The notes below the pieces were generated by a model. The model saw only the letters and a list, made by a program, of their open reading frames with translations. It ran no database searches and had not been told where the DNA came from. Shown here one piece after another: positions 29,311 to 39,708 of a DNA stretch of 64,000 bases. The position numbers and the translations under genes are program-made. Position 1 is the first letter of the stretch; every line of letters begins with the position of its first letter. The DNA is from an uncultured Chloroflexia bacterium. Its GTDB lineage: Bacteria; Chloroflexota; Dehalococcoidia; UBA2979. The stretch lies in the NCBI GenBank assembly GCA_963728205.1, contig CAVSIV010000004.1, positions 64,001 through 128,000 of the forward strand. The letters are read 5' to 3'.

Positions 29311-30138
29311 TCAGATCGGCGCGCCGAGCCGACGCAGCAGCGTGCGACAGGCCTCGGGCGCGCCCGCCGCGTACGGCGGCACCCCAATCTGCTGCGGCGA
29401 GAGGGCCAGCGGAGTCCCGTCCACCCGCAGCACCCCGCCGCCGACCCCTTCGAGCACCGCGACCCCGCCGGCGACGTCCCACACCGAGCGTGGGCCCGTC
29501 GAGAAGTAGACGTCCGCCTGCCCCGTCGCCGCGTGCACGAGCTTCACGGCGGCCGAGCCGCACGGATACACGTCGTAGGGAATCTGGTACTGCAGCTCGC
29601 GCCACTCGTAGTCGTGCCGCGACACCACGACGCGGCTCACCGACCCATCCTCGCCGAGCGCCGCCATCGGCTCGCCGTCGCGGCGCGCCTCGCGACGGTC
29701 GCCGGCGACCAGCCCCGAGAGCACGGAGCGCTCCGGCGGCAACCCCACCGCGCCGAGCACGAGCCGGTCGTCGACGAACAGCCCGACCGAGACCCCGAAC
29801 TCGGGAAGCCCGCGCAGGAACTCGCGCGTGCCGTCGAGCGGGTCGACGACCCAGGTCGGCTCGCCGCGGATCAGCGGCGCGACCTGCACCGACTCCTCCG
29901 ACAGCCAGTGCGAGCCGCCGATCAGCGGGACGAGACGCTCGTGCAGGACGTCGTCGGCCGCGTGATCGGCCTCGGTGACGGGTCCCTCGCCGGGCTTGTG
30001 ACCGACGCGCACGTAGTCCTGGTCGAGCACGCCGCGGATGGCGTCGTTCGCCTCGCGGATCGCGGCCTCCAGGCCGTCCCGGACCGCGTCCAGGTCCAGC
30101 CCCGGCAGGAACGACCCGCCGGCCCGCGGCTCGCTCAC
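29311..30138 (-). CDS. inositol monophosphatase/CysQ family
   Basis: PVTEAD, LSEE, WVVDPLDGTREF, GSAA and WDVAGG motifs. Confidence 0.88.
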   Translation of the reverse strand: MSEPRAGGSFLPGLDLDAVRDGLEAAIREANDAIRGVLDQDYVRVGHKPGEGPVTEADHAADDVLHERLVPLIGGSHWLSEESVQVAPLIRGEPTWVVDPLDGTREFLRGLPEFGVSVGLFVDDRLVLGAVGLPPERSVLSGLVAGDRREARRDGEPMAALGEDGSVSRVVVSRHDYEWRELQYQIPYDVYPCGSAAVKLVHAATGQADVYFSTGPRSVWDVAGGVAVLEGVGGGVLRVDGTPLALSPQQIGVPPYAAGAPEACRTLLRRLGAPI

Positions 30139-30145
30139 CGCGCGC

Positions 30146-30904
30146 TCACAGGCTCGCGCCGCCGTCGACCACGATCGTCTGGCCCGTAACGTGCACGTTG
30201 TGCTCGATGAAGCCGAGGATCGCGTCGGCGCAGGTCTCCGGCGTGGCGACCGCGCCCAGCGGCGCGCGCCGGGCCGCGGCATCGCGCGCCTGCTCGTAGC
30301 GCTCGCCGAGCCCGCCGCGCAGCCAGCGGCCGTCGATGAACCCCGGCGCGATGCAGTTGACCCGGATCTCGGGCCCGAGGACGCGCGCCAGCGACTTCGT
30401 CATCGCGATGATCGCGGCCTTCGAGGCCGCGTACGGGATGGACGAGCCGCCGCCGTTGATCCCGGCGATCGACGCCACGTTCACCACGGCGCCTTCGCCC
30501 GCCGCCTTCATGTGCGGCGCCGCGGCGCGCGTGCAGTTGAACGTCCCGCGCACGTTCGTGCCGATGATGCCCTCCCAGACCTCGTCGGTGACGCGGTCGA
30601 GCTCGGCGTGCGGGATGAACTGCGTCATCCCGGCGTTGTTCACGAGGATGTGCAGCGCGCCGAAGGTGTCGACGGCTTCCCGGATCAGCGCGCGGCACTG
30701 CGCGTCGTCGCCGACGTCGGCCTGCACCGCGTGCGCGGCGCCGCCGGCCGCGCGGATGCCGTTCACGACCTCCTCGGCGTCGGCCGCCGAGTGTGCGTAG
30801 TTCACGACGACCTTCGCGCCCAGCCGCGCCAGCCGCTCCGCCGTCGCCCGGCCCACGCCGGCCGACGACCCGGTGACGACCGCGACCTTGCCCGCAACGT
30901 CCAT
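30146..30904 (-). CDS. SDR family oxidoreductase
   Basis: TGSSAGVG, NNAG, YAASKA, IRVNCIAPG and TGQTIVVDGG motifs. Confidence 0.92.
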   Translation of the reverse strand: MDVAGKVAVVTGSSAGVGRATAERLARLGAKVVVNYAHSAADAEEVVNGIRAAGGAAHAVQADVGDDAQCRALIREAVDTFGALHILVNNAGMTQFIPHAELDRVTDEVWEGIIGTNVRGTFNCTRAAAPHMKAAGEGAVVNVASIAGINGGGSSIPYAASKAAIIAMTKSLARVLGPEIRVNCIAPGFIDGRWLRGGLGERYEQARDAAARRAPLGAVATPETCADAILGFIEHNVHVTGQTIVVDGGASL

Positions 30905-30979
30905 CGCCCGCTCGCTTCCCGTCGCGGCGCCCGCCGCTCCCCAGGCCCTCCGGTGGGCCGATGCTACACTCGCGCCACG

Positions 30980-32435
30980 ATGCCGACGAATGACGCCTCC
31001 CCGCTCGTCCGCGACCTCCAGGCGGCGCTCGGCGAGGCTCACGTCCTCTTCGCACCCGAGGATCTCCTCGTCTACGAGTACGACGCGACGATCGACCGCG
31101 CGCTGCCGGACGTCGTCGTCTTCCCGTGCTCGGCGGAGGACGTCGCCGCGGTGGTGCGCGTCGCAACCGCGCACGGCACGCCGATCGTGCCGCGCGGGTC
31201 GGGCACGGGGCTGGCGGGCGGCGCGCTCGCCGTGCGCGGCGGCGTGCTCGTCGTGATGACGCGGATGAACCGCATCCTCGAGATTCGACCGGGCGAACCG
31301 CGTGGCGGTCGTCGAGCCCGGCGTCATCAACCTCGACCTGCAGCAAGCCGTCGCGGCGCACGGCCTGGCCTACGCGCCGGACCCCTCGTCGCAGCGCGTC
31401 TGCACGCTCGGCGGGAACATCGCGAACAACTCGGGCGGGCCGCACACGCTCGCGCACGGGTCGACGGTGAACCACGTGCTCGGCGTCGAGGTGGCGCTGC
31501 CCGACGGCCGGCTGGTGTGGCTGGGCGGACGGCTGCCGGACATGCCGGGTCCGGACCTCCGCGGGCTGTTCGTGGGCTCCGAGGGCACGCTCGGCATCGC
31601 CACGAAAATCTGCGTGCGCCTGGTCCCACAGGCCGAGGCCGTGCGTACGATGCTCGGCGTCTTCGACAGCGTGGAGGCGGCGTCGGAGGCGGTCTCGGCG
31701 ATCATCCGCCGCGGGGTGATCCCGGTCGCGCTGGAGATGCTCGACCAGGAGATCATCCGCATCGTCGAGCCGCGCATCCAGGCGGGCTACCCGCTCGACG
31801 CCGGCGCCGTGCTGCTGATCGAGGTCGAGGGGCTGCGCGAAGGCGTCGCGCTCGAGGCCGACGCGGTGGTCGCCGCGTGCCGCGAGCAGGGCGCGCGCGA
31901 GGTGCGCGTGGCCGAGGAAGCCGCGGAGCGAGAGCGCCTGTGGGAGGCGCGCAAGGCCGGCATCGGCGCGATCGGCGCGGCCAGCCCGGCGTTCTACCTG
32001 CTCGACGGCGTCGTGCCGCGCACCCGCCTGCCCGACGTCATGCACCAGGTGATGACGCTCTCGGCGCGCTACGGCTTCCGCTGCGCGAACATCTTCCACG
32101 CCGGCGACGGCAACCTGCACCCAAACATCATGTTCGACCCCGACGTCCCGGGAGCGACCGAGCGCGTGCTCGAGCTCGGCGGCGAGATCATGCGCGCGTG
32201 CGTCGACGCCGGTGGCTCAATCACGGGCGAGCACGGGATCGGTTACGAGAAGCGGTCATACATGGAGTGGATCTTCAACGCGGCAGACCTCGACGCGATG
32301 GAGCGCGTGCGCTTCGCCTTCGGCGGCGCCGACCGCTTCAACCCGTGCAAGGTGCTCCCGACCGGTCACGGCTGCGCGACCGGGCACTCGGCCGACGTGC
32401 GCCGAGCGATCGCGACGCCGGGCGTCTACATTTAG
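30980..32435 (+). CDS. glcD: glycolate oxidase subunit GlcD-like, one +1 frameshift near 31285
   Basis: PRGSGTGLAGG, EPGVIN, PDPSS...TLGGN, GSEGTLGI, HAGDGNLHP and GEHGIG motifs. Confidence 0.88.
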
Positions 32436-32501
32436 AGGCGCACGCACGCGCGACGCCCCGCCGCGCGGCATCCGGGCGCCCCACAGCAAGCAAGGGCTGC
32501 G

Positions 32502-33755
32502 ATGAGCAACGCCGACCCGATCGACGCACTGCTGCGCCTCGCGCCGGACGATACGGAGCGCTCCGTACACGACTTCCCGCTCGACGGCCTCCTCCCGCGC
32601 GCCGCGATCAGTCCCGGCACGCGTGACGAGGTCGCCGATCTGCTGCACGCCGCAGCGGAGCGCGACCTCGTCGTCGTGCCGCAGGGCGCGCGCACCGCGC
32701 TCGCGCTCGGAAGGCCGGTGGACCGCTACGACGTCGCCCTCGACCTCACCGGCCTGCATCGCGTCGTGGAGTACGTACCCGACGACCTCACGGTGACCGT
32801 GGAGGCCGGCCTCACGCTGCGCGACCTCCAGCGCACGCTCGCCGAGCACGGCCAGTACCTCCCCGTCGACCCGCCGCCCGGCGACGACGTCACCGTCGGC
32901 GGGATGCTCGCGACCGCGCGCCCCGGCGCGTGGCGCGGCCATACGCCCGGCGTGCGCGACATCGTGCTGGGCCTCACCGCGGCGATGCCGGACGGCCGGC
33001 TCGCGAAGTCGGGCGGGCGCGTGGTGAAGAACGTGAGCGGGTACGACCTGCACCGGCTGCACACGGGCGCGCTCGGCGCGTTCGGCGTGATCGTGGAGGC
33101 GTCGTTCAAGCTCGCCCCGCTCCCGGCCGCGACGCGCACCGTCGCGCTCCGCTTCGGCGCGCCGGCCGACGCCGCGCGCGCCGCCCTCGAGCTGCGCGAC
33201 GCCGACCTCGCCGTGCGCGCGCTCGCGGTGCTCGCGCCGCGCGCCGCCGGGCACGCGGGGCTGCCGCACGAGCCGCACGTGCTGGTCGAGCTCGCCGGTG
33301 TGCCGGCCGCCGTCGAGCGCTCGGCCGCGGACATCACCACGCACGCCTCGCGCGCCGGCTTCGCGCCGGATGCCCCGGGCGACGCCCCGTGGGCGCGCCT
33401 GCGCGCGCTCGCCGGCGACCAGGACGCCACCGTCATCCGCGTCGGCGTGCCGCCGACGGCGCTCGCCGAGACGCTCGAAGCGGTCGTCGCCGCCGACTGC
33501 CTCGCCTGGGCACACGCCGCGACCGGCACGGTCTTCGGTCACGCCACCGCCGGCCTGCAACCCGACGCCGTCGCCGCGCTGCGCGCGCACGCGAAAGCAC
33601 GCGGCGGCTACCTTCAGGTCGAGTCGGCCTCGCCGGAGCTGCGCCGCCGCATCGACCCGTTCGACCTCGACGAGCTCACGCTCGTGCGCAGCCTCAAGGA
33701 GCAGTTCGACCCGGGCCACGCGATCAACCGGGGCCGGTGGGCGGAGGGCCTGTGA
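32502..33755 (+). CDS. glcE: glycolate oxidase FAD-binding subunit GlcE-like
   Basis: DLTVTVEAG, GGRVVKNVSGYDL and LKEQFDP...NRGR motifs. Confidence 0.88.
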   Translation: MSNADPIDALLRLAPDDTERSVHDFPLDGLLPRAAISPGTRDEVADLLHAAAERDLVVVPQGARTALALGRPVDRYDVALDLTGLHRVVEYVPDDLTVTVEAGLTLRDLQRTLAEHGQYLPVDPPPGDDVTVGGMLATARPGAWRGHTPGVRDIVLGLTAAMPDGRLAKSGGRVVKNVSGYDLHRLHTGALGAFGVIVEASFKLAPLPAATRTVALRFGAPADAARAALELRDADLAVRALAVLAPRAAGHAGLPHEPHVLVELAGVPAAVERSAADITTHASRAGFAPDAPGDAPWARLRALAGDQDATVIRVGVPPTALAETLEAVVAADCLAWAHAATGTVFGHATAGLQPDAVAALRAHAKARGGYLQVESASPELRRRIDPFDLDELTLVRSLKEQFDPGHAINRGRWAEGL

Positions 33756-35086
33756 CCGCGATCGACCCCGAGGCGCCGGCCGGCGTCGTGGTGCCCGCCC
33801 CGGGGCTGCGCTTCGTCGGCGCCGACATCCCGGCGCTCGCCGATCTCCAGAACTGCATCCACTGCGGGTTCTGCCTGCCCTCGTGCCCGACGTACGTCGC
33901 GACCGGCCAGGAGCTCGAGTCGCCGCGCGGCCGGCTGCACCTGATCAACGCCGTCGTCACGGGTCGCGCCGAGGTCACCGACCGGCTGCTCGGCCACCTC
34001 GACCTCTGCCTGCAGTGCCGTGCGTGCGAGACGGCGTGCCCGTCGTCCGTCCCCTACGGGCGGATCATGGAGGACGCGCGTGCGTCGATCATGGCGAACC
34101 CGGCGCGGCGCCAGCCGCGCGCCTGGCGCGCGCGGTCCTTCGTGCTGCGGCACGTGGTCGCGCGGCCGCGCGTGCTGCGCGCGGTCACCGGGCTGGGGCG
34201 GCTCTACGCGCGCAGCGGCATGCAGCGGCTCGTGCGCGGCCCGCTCGGCCGGCTGCTGCCGGCCGCGCTGCGGCGCATCGAGGCCAGCGCGCCCACCGTG
34301 CCGCCGCGCCCGTTCCGCCGCTCCGGCACGCTCGCCACGCCGCCCGCCGCGCGCACGCGCGTCGCGATGCTCACCGGCTGCATCGCCGGCGAGCTCACGC
34401 CGCGCATGCACGAGTCGACCGTGCGCGTGCTCGCGCGGCTCGGCTGCGAGGTCGTCGCGCCGCCCGACCAGGCGTGCTGCGGCGCGCTGCACAGCCACGC
34501 GGGCGATGCCGAGGCCGCGCGCGACCTCGCCCGGCGCAACATCGCCGCGTTCGAGGTGGCGGCCGTGGACGCCGTGATCGTGAACGCCGCCGGCTGCGGC
34601 GCCGCGATGAAGGAGTACGGCCGGCTGCTGCGCCACGACCCGCGCTGGGCCGAGCGCGCCGAGCGCTTCGTCGCCTCCGTGCGCGACGTCCTCGAGTTCG
34701 TCGCCGACCAGGACTTCGCGACGGGGCTCGGCCGCGTCGACGCCGACGTCACGCTGCAGGACGCCTGTCACCTGGCGCACGCGCAGGGCATCCGGGAGGC
34801 GCCGCGCCGCATCCTCCGCGCCATTCCCGGGGTGCGCCTCCACGAGATGGCGACGCCCGACCGCTGCTGCGGCTCCGCCGGCCTGTACTCGATGGTGCAG
34901 CCCGGCATGTCGAACGCCGTGCTCGATGCGAAGCTGCGCGACGTGACCGCGACGGGCGCGAGCGTCGTCTGCACGGAGAACCCGGGCTGTACGCTGCAGC
35001 TCCAGGCCGGCGTCCGCCGCGCGGGCCTCGACGCGGAGGTCCGGCACGTGATCGAGCTGCTGGACGCGTCCTACCGCGCCCCCTAG
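33752..35086 (+). CDS. glcF: glycolate oxidase Fe-S subunit GlcF-like
   Basis: CIHCGFCLPSCPTY, CLQCRACETACPS and two CCG domains; GTGA overlap. Confidence 0.9.
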   Translation: MTAIDPEAPAGVVVPAPGLRFVGADIPALADLQNCIHCGFCLPSCPTYVATGQELESPRGRLHLINAVVTGRAEVTDRLLGHLDLCLQCRACETACPSSVPYGRIMEDARASIMANPARRQPRAWRARSFVLRHVVARPRVLRAVTGLGRLYARSGMQRLVRGPLGRLLPAALRRIEASAPTVPPRPFRRSGTLATPPAARTRVAMLTGCIAGELTPRMHESTVRVLARLGCEVVAPPDQACCGALHSHAGDAEAARDLARRNIAAFEVAAVDAVIVNAAGCGAAMKEYGRLLRHDPRWAERAERFVASVRDVLEFVADQDFATGLGRVDADVTLQDACHLAHAQGIREAPRRILRAIPGVRLHEMATPDRCCGSAGLYSMVQPGMSNAVLDAKLRDVTATGASVVCTENPGCTLQLQAGVRRAGLDAEVRHVIELLDASYRAP

Positions 35087-36756
35087 GTCGGCGTCGCCGT
35101 CGGCAGGGACGCGGTGGTGGTCCAGCTCGACGCGAGCCACGCCATGTTGAAGTCGTACGCGCCGTACTCGTAGCCGGTGACGCGGCTCGTGACGCGCGCC
35201 TCCTCCACCGGCGCGGCGATGGGGAACATCGCCGGTACGTCGTCGAGGAGCAGTCGCTGCGCCTTGCGCGACTCGCGGGCGCGGTCGGCGGGGTTGAGCT
35301 GCGACAGCGCCGTGCGCACGGCCGCGTCGTAAACGGGGTTCGAGTAGCCCCACAGCGAGTAGCGGCCGTCGACGCCGCTCGCGGTGTGCAGGCGCAGCCC
35401 GAGGTCCGGGGTCGTCAGCCCGCTCATCTCGAAGACGGCGGCTTCGAAGTCGCCGGCGTTGAACGTGGCCTCCCAGCCCTTCGTGTCCTGGACGAGCGGG
35501 TGCGGGTCGAAGCCCGCCTCCGCCAGCTGCTCGGCGACGAGCTGGCCGTAACCGCGCAGCGGGTCGAGGTCGGGCAGCTGGATGCGAAACGAGAGCTTCT
35601 CCTGGCCGGCGGCCTGCAGCAGTGAGTGCGCCCGCGCGACGTCGCGCTGGTACACCGCGTTGGCGGCAAGCTCCGCCTGCGGCAGCGCGTCGGAGGCATG
35701 CGCCGGACCGACCGGGCCGCTGGTCATGCTGGGGTCGACGGCGAGCAGTGCGGGCCGGTCGAGCGCGAGCGCGATCGCCTGCCGCACGCGCTGATCCTGG
35801 AAGGCCTCGACGTGGCGCACCTGCGTGCCGCCGCGCTGGGGAAGCAGCGAGAGCCCGAGCCCCCGCATGCGCGTGGCGGGTCGGGTCATGCGCTGGACGC
35901 CCGGCGCCGGCGTGCCGACGGGCGACTGCGTCGCGGACTGCGCCCAGACGTCGAGCAGCCCGCTCGCGAAGCGCGCCGCCCAGTCCGCGTCGCTGCGAAA
36001 GTGGGCAACCGTGAGGGACGACAGCCGCGGGTAGCCCTTCTGGTGGTAGCCGGGGTGGCGCGACAGCGTGACCGTGCCGTCGCTGACGCTGCTCTGCGTC
36101 GGTATGAACGGCCCGCTCCCGAGGGGCTCCTGGAACGCGGCATAGCTCTGCTCCGACCGCACCCCGGCAGCGTGCGATCCGAGCAGCTCGAAGAGCAGGC
36201 AGAACGGGCCCTTCAGGTGCAGCGTCAGGACGTTCGAGTGGGTCTCGACCTTGTCGATGACCTGCGTGAAGAGAAACTCGCCCGCGGCGGCGCGGCGTTC
36301 GAAGTCGAACTGGATGTCGGATGCCCGCAGCGGCTGTGCGTGGCCATCGGCGCCGGGGTGAAAGTGCGCGTCGTTCGTCAGCGTGAAGTTCACCGTGACG
36401 GCGTCGGGGGCCTCGACCTTCGTCGCGAGGTCGCCGTAGATCGTCGCGGAGCGCGGGTCGACGGCAACGAGCCGCGAGTAGGCGTAGAAGCGGGTGTCGT
36501 CGGAGAGGTGGGCGGGATCGAGGGTGGTGCTGTCGAGCACGCCGAGGCGCGCGACGCCTGTGGGGGCGGGGGTCTGAGCCCTGGCGCGCGGCTGGAGCTC
36601 GAGTTTCCGGGGCAGGCCCGCGTCGTCGGGCGTACCGGATGGTACGGCGCCCCCGCCGCCGCAAGCGGCGGTGAAGAGGGCGGCGCCGGTGGCTCCGGCT
36701 CCGAGGCGCAGCGCGGCGCGACGGCTGTAGCGACGAGACACCCGTCGGCGCTCCAT
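35083..36756 (-). CDS. family-5 ABC solute-binding lipoprotein with Tat signal
   Basis: SRRAALR twin-Arg, lipobox TAAC, LDP, GDLA, GSGPF and DQRVRQAIALALDR motifs. Confidence 0.85.
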   Translation of the reverse strand: MERRRVSRRYSRRAALRLGAGATGAALFTAACGGGGAVPSGTPDDAGLPRKLELQPRARAQTPAPTGVARLGVLDSTTLDPAHLSDDTRFYAYSRLVAVDPRSATIYGDLATKVEAPDAVTVNFTLTNDAHFHPGADGHAQPLRASDIQFDFERRAAAGEFLFTQVIDKVETHSNVLTLHLKGPFCLLFELLGSHAAGVRSEQSYAAFQEPLGSGPFIPTQSSVSDGTVTLSRHPGYHQKGYPRLSSLTVAHFRSDADWAARFASGLLDVWAQSATQSPVGTPAPGVQRMTRPATRMRGLGLSLLPQRGGTQVRHVEAFQDQRVRQAIALALDRPALLAVDPSMTSGPVGPAHASDALPQAELAANAVYQRDVARAHSLLQAAGQEKLSFRIQLPDLDPLRGYGQLVAEQLAEAGFDPHPLVQDTKGWEATFNAGDFEAAVFEMSGLTTPDLGLRLHTASGVDGRYSLWGYSNPVYDAAVRTALSQLNPADRARESRKAQRLLLDDVPAMFPIAAPVEEARVTSRVTGYEYGAYDFNMAWLASSWTTTASLPTATPT

Positions 36757-36895
36757 CCCGGTCTGGCTCCAGCGCGGCGGGGAGTGACGGGCGTCATCGT
36801 AGGGGCGGGGTGCGCCTCGGACCAGCGCTGCGCGCTGCGAACGCCCGGTCGTCCTGGCGTGCGCGAGATGGCCGTGGCCCCGTAGGATCACCGCC

Positions 36896-37534
36896 GTGCG
36901 TGAGATCGACGAGACCCCCGATTCCACCCGTCCGCGCAACGTCTGGCCGCGGCTGCTCGCGTTCGCGTTCGTGGTCGTCGGTGCCGGCGTCGCCGTGATC
37001 GCGTGCGTCGCTGCGTTCGCGCGCAGCGTGCCGCCGCGCGAGCTGACCGTGCCCCTCGCGCAGCTGGAGCCGGGGCGGCCGCAGCTGCTGGCGGTGACGA
37101 CCTGGGGCGCCGACCGCGGCGGCCACACCTTCGGCGCGTGGGTCGTGATCATGCCCGAGAGCGGCGACGCGCACGCCTACCTCTCGCGCGATCCGGCCAC
37201 CGGGTGCCAGGTCGTATGGCGCGTGGTCGCGCAGGCCGGCCGGCCGACGCACGACGCGTTCGTCGACGCGTGCGACGCGAGCGTGGAGTTCGGGCTCGAC
37301 GGGACGCCATCGGGCACGGCGGCGCCGCCGCCGCGCGCGCTCGATCACTTCGAGGTTGCGGTGGCGAACGGCAAGCTCACGGTCCCGATCGAGCAGGTCC
37401 AGCTCGGCGACTGCGTGCCCGGGGCGACGGGAGCGGCGTACGACAGCGCCGGCTGCTCGAGCGCGGGCGCGCCCCGATTCAAGAACCTCCCCGCCGGCCC
37501 GCTGGCCGGCGACGAGGGCCTGCGCCAGCACTGA
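36896..37534 (+). CDS. membrane-anchored Rieske-fold-like protein lacking Fe-S ligands
   Basis: N-terminal TM; SRDPATGC (Box I-like), FVDACDAS...FGLDG (Box II-like) and PPPRALDHFEV. Confidence 0.6.
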   Translation: MREIDETPDSTRPRNVWPRLLAFAFVVVGAGVAVIACVAAFARSVPPRELTVPLAQLEPGRPQLLAVTTWGADRGGHTFGAWVVIMPESGDAHAYLSRDPATGCQVVWRVVAQAGRPTHDAFVDACDASVEFGLDGTPSGTAAPPPRALDHFEVAVANGKLTVPIEQVQLGDCVPGATGAAYDSAGCSSAGAPRFKNLPAGPLAGDEGLRQH

Positions 37535-37562
37535 TCGCCCGCCTGCGGGCTGACGGACCACA

Positions 37563-37589
37563 CAACGGCCGCCCCGAGGGCGGCCGTTG
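37563..37589. terminator. stem-loop between convergent genes
   Basis: CAACGGCCGCCC-CGA-GGGCGGCCGTTG. Confidence 0.6.
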
Positions 37590-37613
37590 CGGTGAGCGGA
37601 CGCAGAGGCGCGG

Positions 37614-37940
37614 CTACCAGATGCCGAGCGCCATCTTCACATCCTCGGAAGCCATGGTGCGCGGGTCCCAGGGCGGGCTCCAGACGAGGTTGACCTCGAC
37701 GTCTTCCACGCCCTCCATCTGCGAGACCTGGTGATAAATCATCCCCTGCAGCATGGGCCCAATCGGGCAGGCCGGCGACGTGAGCGTCATGTCCACCGTC
37801 ACCATCCCCTGGTCGTCGATCTCGACCCCGTAGACCAGGCCGAGCTCGGTGATCGGCATGCGCAGCTCAGGGTCCTCGACCCCGCGTAGCACCTCGCGGA
37901 TCTCGTCGACCGTCGGTCGAGTGGTCGTCGTCTCACTCAT
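37614..37940 (-). CDS. sufT: DUF59/SufT-like Fe-S assembly factor
   Basis: DPEL...ELGLVY, MTLTSPACP and VWSPPWDP motifs. Confidence 0.88.
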   Translation of the reverse strand: MSETTTTRPTVDEIREVLRGVEDPELRMPITELGLVYGVEIDDQGMVTVDMTLTSPACPIGPMLQGMIYHQVSQMEGVEDVEVNLVWSPPWDPRTMASEDVKMALGIW

Positions 37941-38406
37941 CTCCGGGGCTCCTCTCGTCGGTTGTGACAGGCCCGCCCATCTCGGGGTGTTCGAGCGCCT
38001 GTCGCAGCGTCTTCCACGCGAGCGATGCGCACTTCACGCGCGCCGGGAACTTCGCCACGCCGACCAGCGCCTCGATGTCGCCGAAGTCGTCCACCGGCGG
38101 CTTGCCGGTGACCATCATCGACTGGAAGTCATCGATCGCCTGCTCGGCGCGCTCGACCGACCGGCCCTGCACGTACTCGGTCATCATCGAGGCGGAGGCC
38201 TGGGAGATGGAGCAGCCCGTGCCGGTGAACTCGACCTCGCGCAGGAGACCGTCCTCGACGTCCACGTCGAGGTGGATCTGGTCGCCGCACAGCGGGTTCG
38301 CGCCGTCCGCCGAGCACGTCGGCGCGGGCATCGACCCCTTGTGGCGTGGATTGCGGTAGTGGTCGAGGAGGATCTCGCGGTAGAGGTCTTCCATCAGGTC
38401 AGGCAT
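37933..38406 (-). CDS. sufU: SUF sulfur-transfer protein SufU
   Basis: LYREILLDHYRNPRHKG, NPLCGD, GCSISQASAS and RVKCA motifs. Confidence 0.92.
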   Translation of the reverse strand: MPDLMEDLYREILLDHYRNPRHKGSMPAPTCSADGANPLCGDQIHLDVDVEDGLLREVEFTGTGCSISQASASMMTEYVQGRSVERAEQAIDDFQSMMVTGKPPVDDFGDIEALVGVAKFPARVKCASLAWKTLRQALEHPEMGGPVTTDERSPGDE

Positions 38407-39664
38407 GCACGCCTCCAAAGAACCGCGCTGCCTCCTCGATGGCGTCGGCGAGCACGTCGATCTCGCCCTTCGTGTTGTAGAGATAGAACGAGGCGCGCGC
38501 GGTGGCGGGGACCTTGAGCTTCGCCATGACGGGCTGCGCACAGTGGTGCCCCGCGCGCACCGCCACGCCGCGGCTGTCCAGCACCTGGCCGACGTCGTGC
38601 GGGTGCACGTCCTCGACGGCGAACGACACGACGCCGCCACGATCGTCCGCGCTGGGTGGACCGAAGATGGTCACGCCCGGCAGATCGCCGAGGCGCCGCA
38701 GCGCGTAGTCGACGAGCTCGTGCTCGTGCCGGCGGATGTGATCCATGCCGAGCGCCTGCAGGTAGTCGATCGCGGCCGCGAAGCCGATCACGCCCGCAAT
38801 GTTGGGGGTTCCGGCCTCGAACTTGTACGGGACCTCATTCCAGGTCGACTGCTCCATGGATACGGTGAGGATCATCTCGCCGCCGCCCATGAAGGGATCC
38901 ATCGACTCGAGCAGCTCCTGCCGGCCCCACAGGACGCCGACACCCGTGGGGCCCAGCATCTTGTGAGCCGAGAAAGCGAGGAAGTCCGCGCCCAGCGCCT
39001 GCACGTCGACCGGGAGGTGCGGCACGCTCTGCGCACCGTCGACCAGCACCGTGGCGCCCTGCGCCTTCGCGAGCGGGATCAGCTCCGCGAGCGGGACGAT
39101 CGTGCCCAGCGCGTTCGACATCGCCGTGATCGCGAACAGCTTCGTGCGCGGACCGATGAGGACGCGCGCCGCTTCCATGTCGAGCGTGCCGTCGGGGAGC
39201 ATGGGGATGTACTTGAGCACGATGCCGCGCTCGTCGCGAAGCATCTGCCACGGGACGATGTTCGAGTGGTGCTCGAGCTCAGTGATCAGCACCTCGTCGC
39301 CGGCGCGCAGGAACTTCCGCCCCCAGGCGTGGGCGACCAGGTTGATCGACTCGGTCGTGTTTCGCGTGAAGACGATCTCGGTGGCGCGCGGGGCGTTGAT
39401 GAACGCCGCGACCTTCGCGCGCGCGTCCTCGAACATCTCGCTCGCCTCCATCGAGAGCGCATGCACGCCCCGGTGGATGTTCGCGTTGTGGTCGCGGTAG
39501 AAGCGCGTGATCTCGGCGATCACCTGCACGGGGCGCTGCGACGTCGCGGCGTTGTCGAGGTAGACCAGAGGCACGTCGCCGTTCACCAGGCGCTTGAGCA
39601 CCGGGAAGTCGCGCCGGATCAGATCCAGGTCGAACGGGCGGTGGCCGTTTTCCCGTGCCGTCAT
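38399..39664 (-). CDS. sufS: cysteine desulfurase SufS
   Basis: YLDNAATSQ, HHSNIVPWQ, SAHKMLGPTG and RAGHHCAQP motifs. Confidence 0.95.
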   Translation of the reverse strand: MTARENGHRPFDLDLIRRDFPVLKRLVNGDVPLVYLDNAATSQRPVQVIAEITRFYRDHNANIHRGVHALSMEASEMFEDARAKVAAFINAPRATEIVFTRNTTESINLVAHAWGRKFLRAGDEVLITELEHHSNIVPWQMLRDERGIVLKYIPMLPDGTLDMEAARVLIGPRTKLFAITAMSNALGTIVPLAELIPLAKAQGATVLVDGAQSVPHLPVDVQALGADFLAFSAHKMLGPTGVGVLWGRQELLESMDPFMGGGEMILTVSMEQSTWNEVPYKFEAGTPNIAGVIGFAAAIDYLQALGMDHIRRHEHELVDYALRRLGDLPGVTIFGPPSADDRGGVVSFAVEDVHPHDVGQVLDSRGVAVRAGHHCAQPVMAKLKVPATARASFYLYNTKGEIDVLADAIEEAARFFGGVHA

Positions 39665-39708
39665 CGTCGTCTTCGATTCGTTCGTCGTCGTCGTTCCTCG
39701 TCAGGCGC

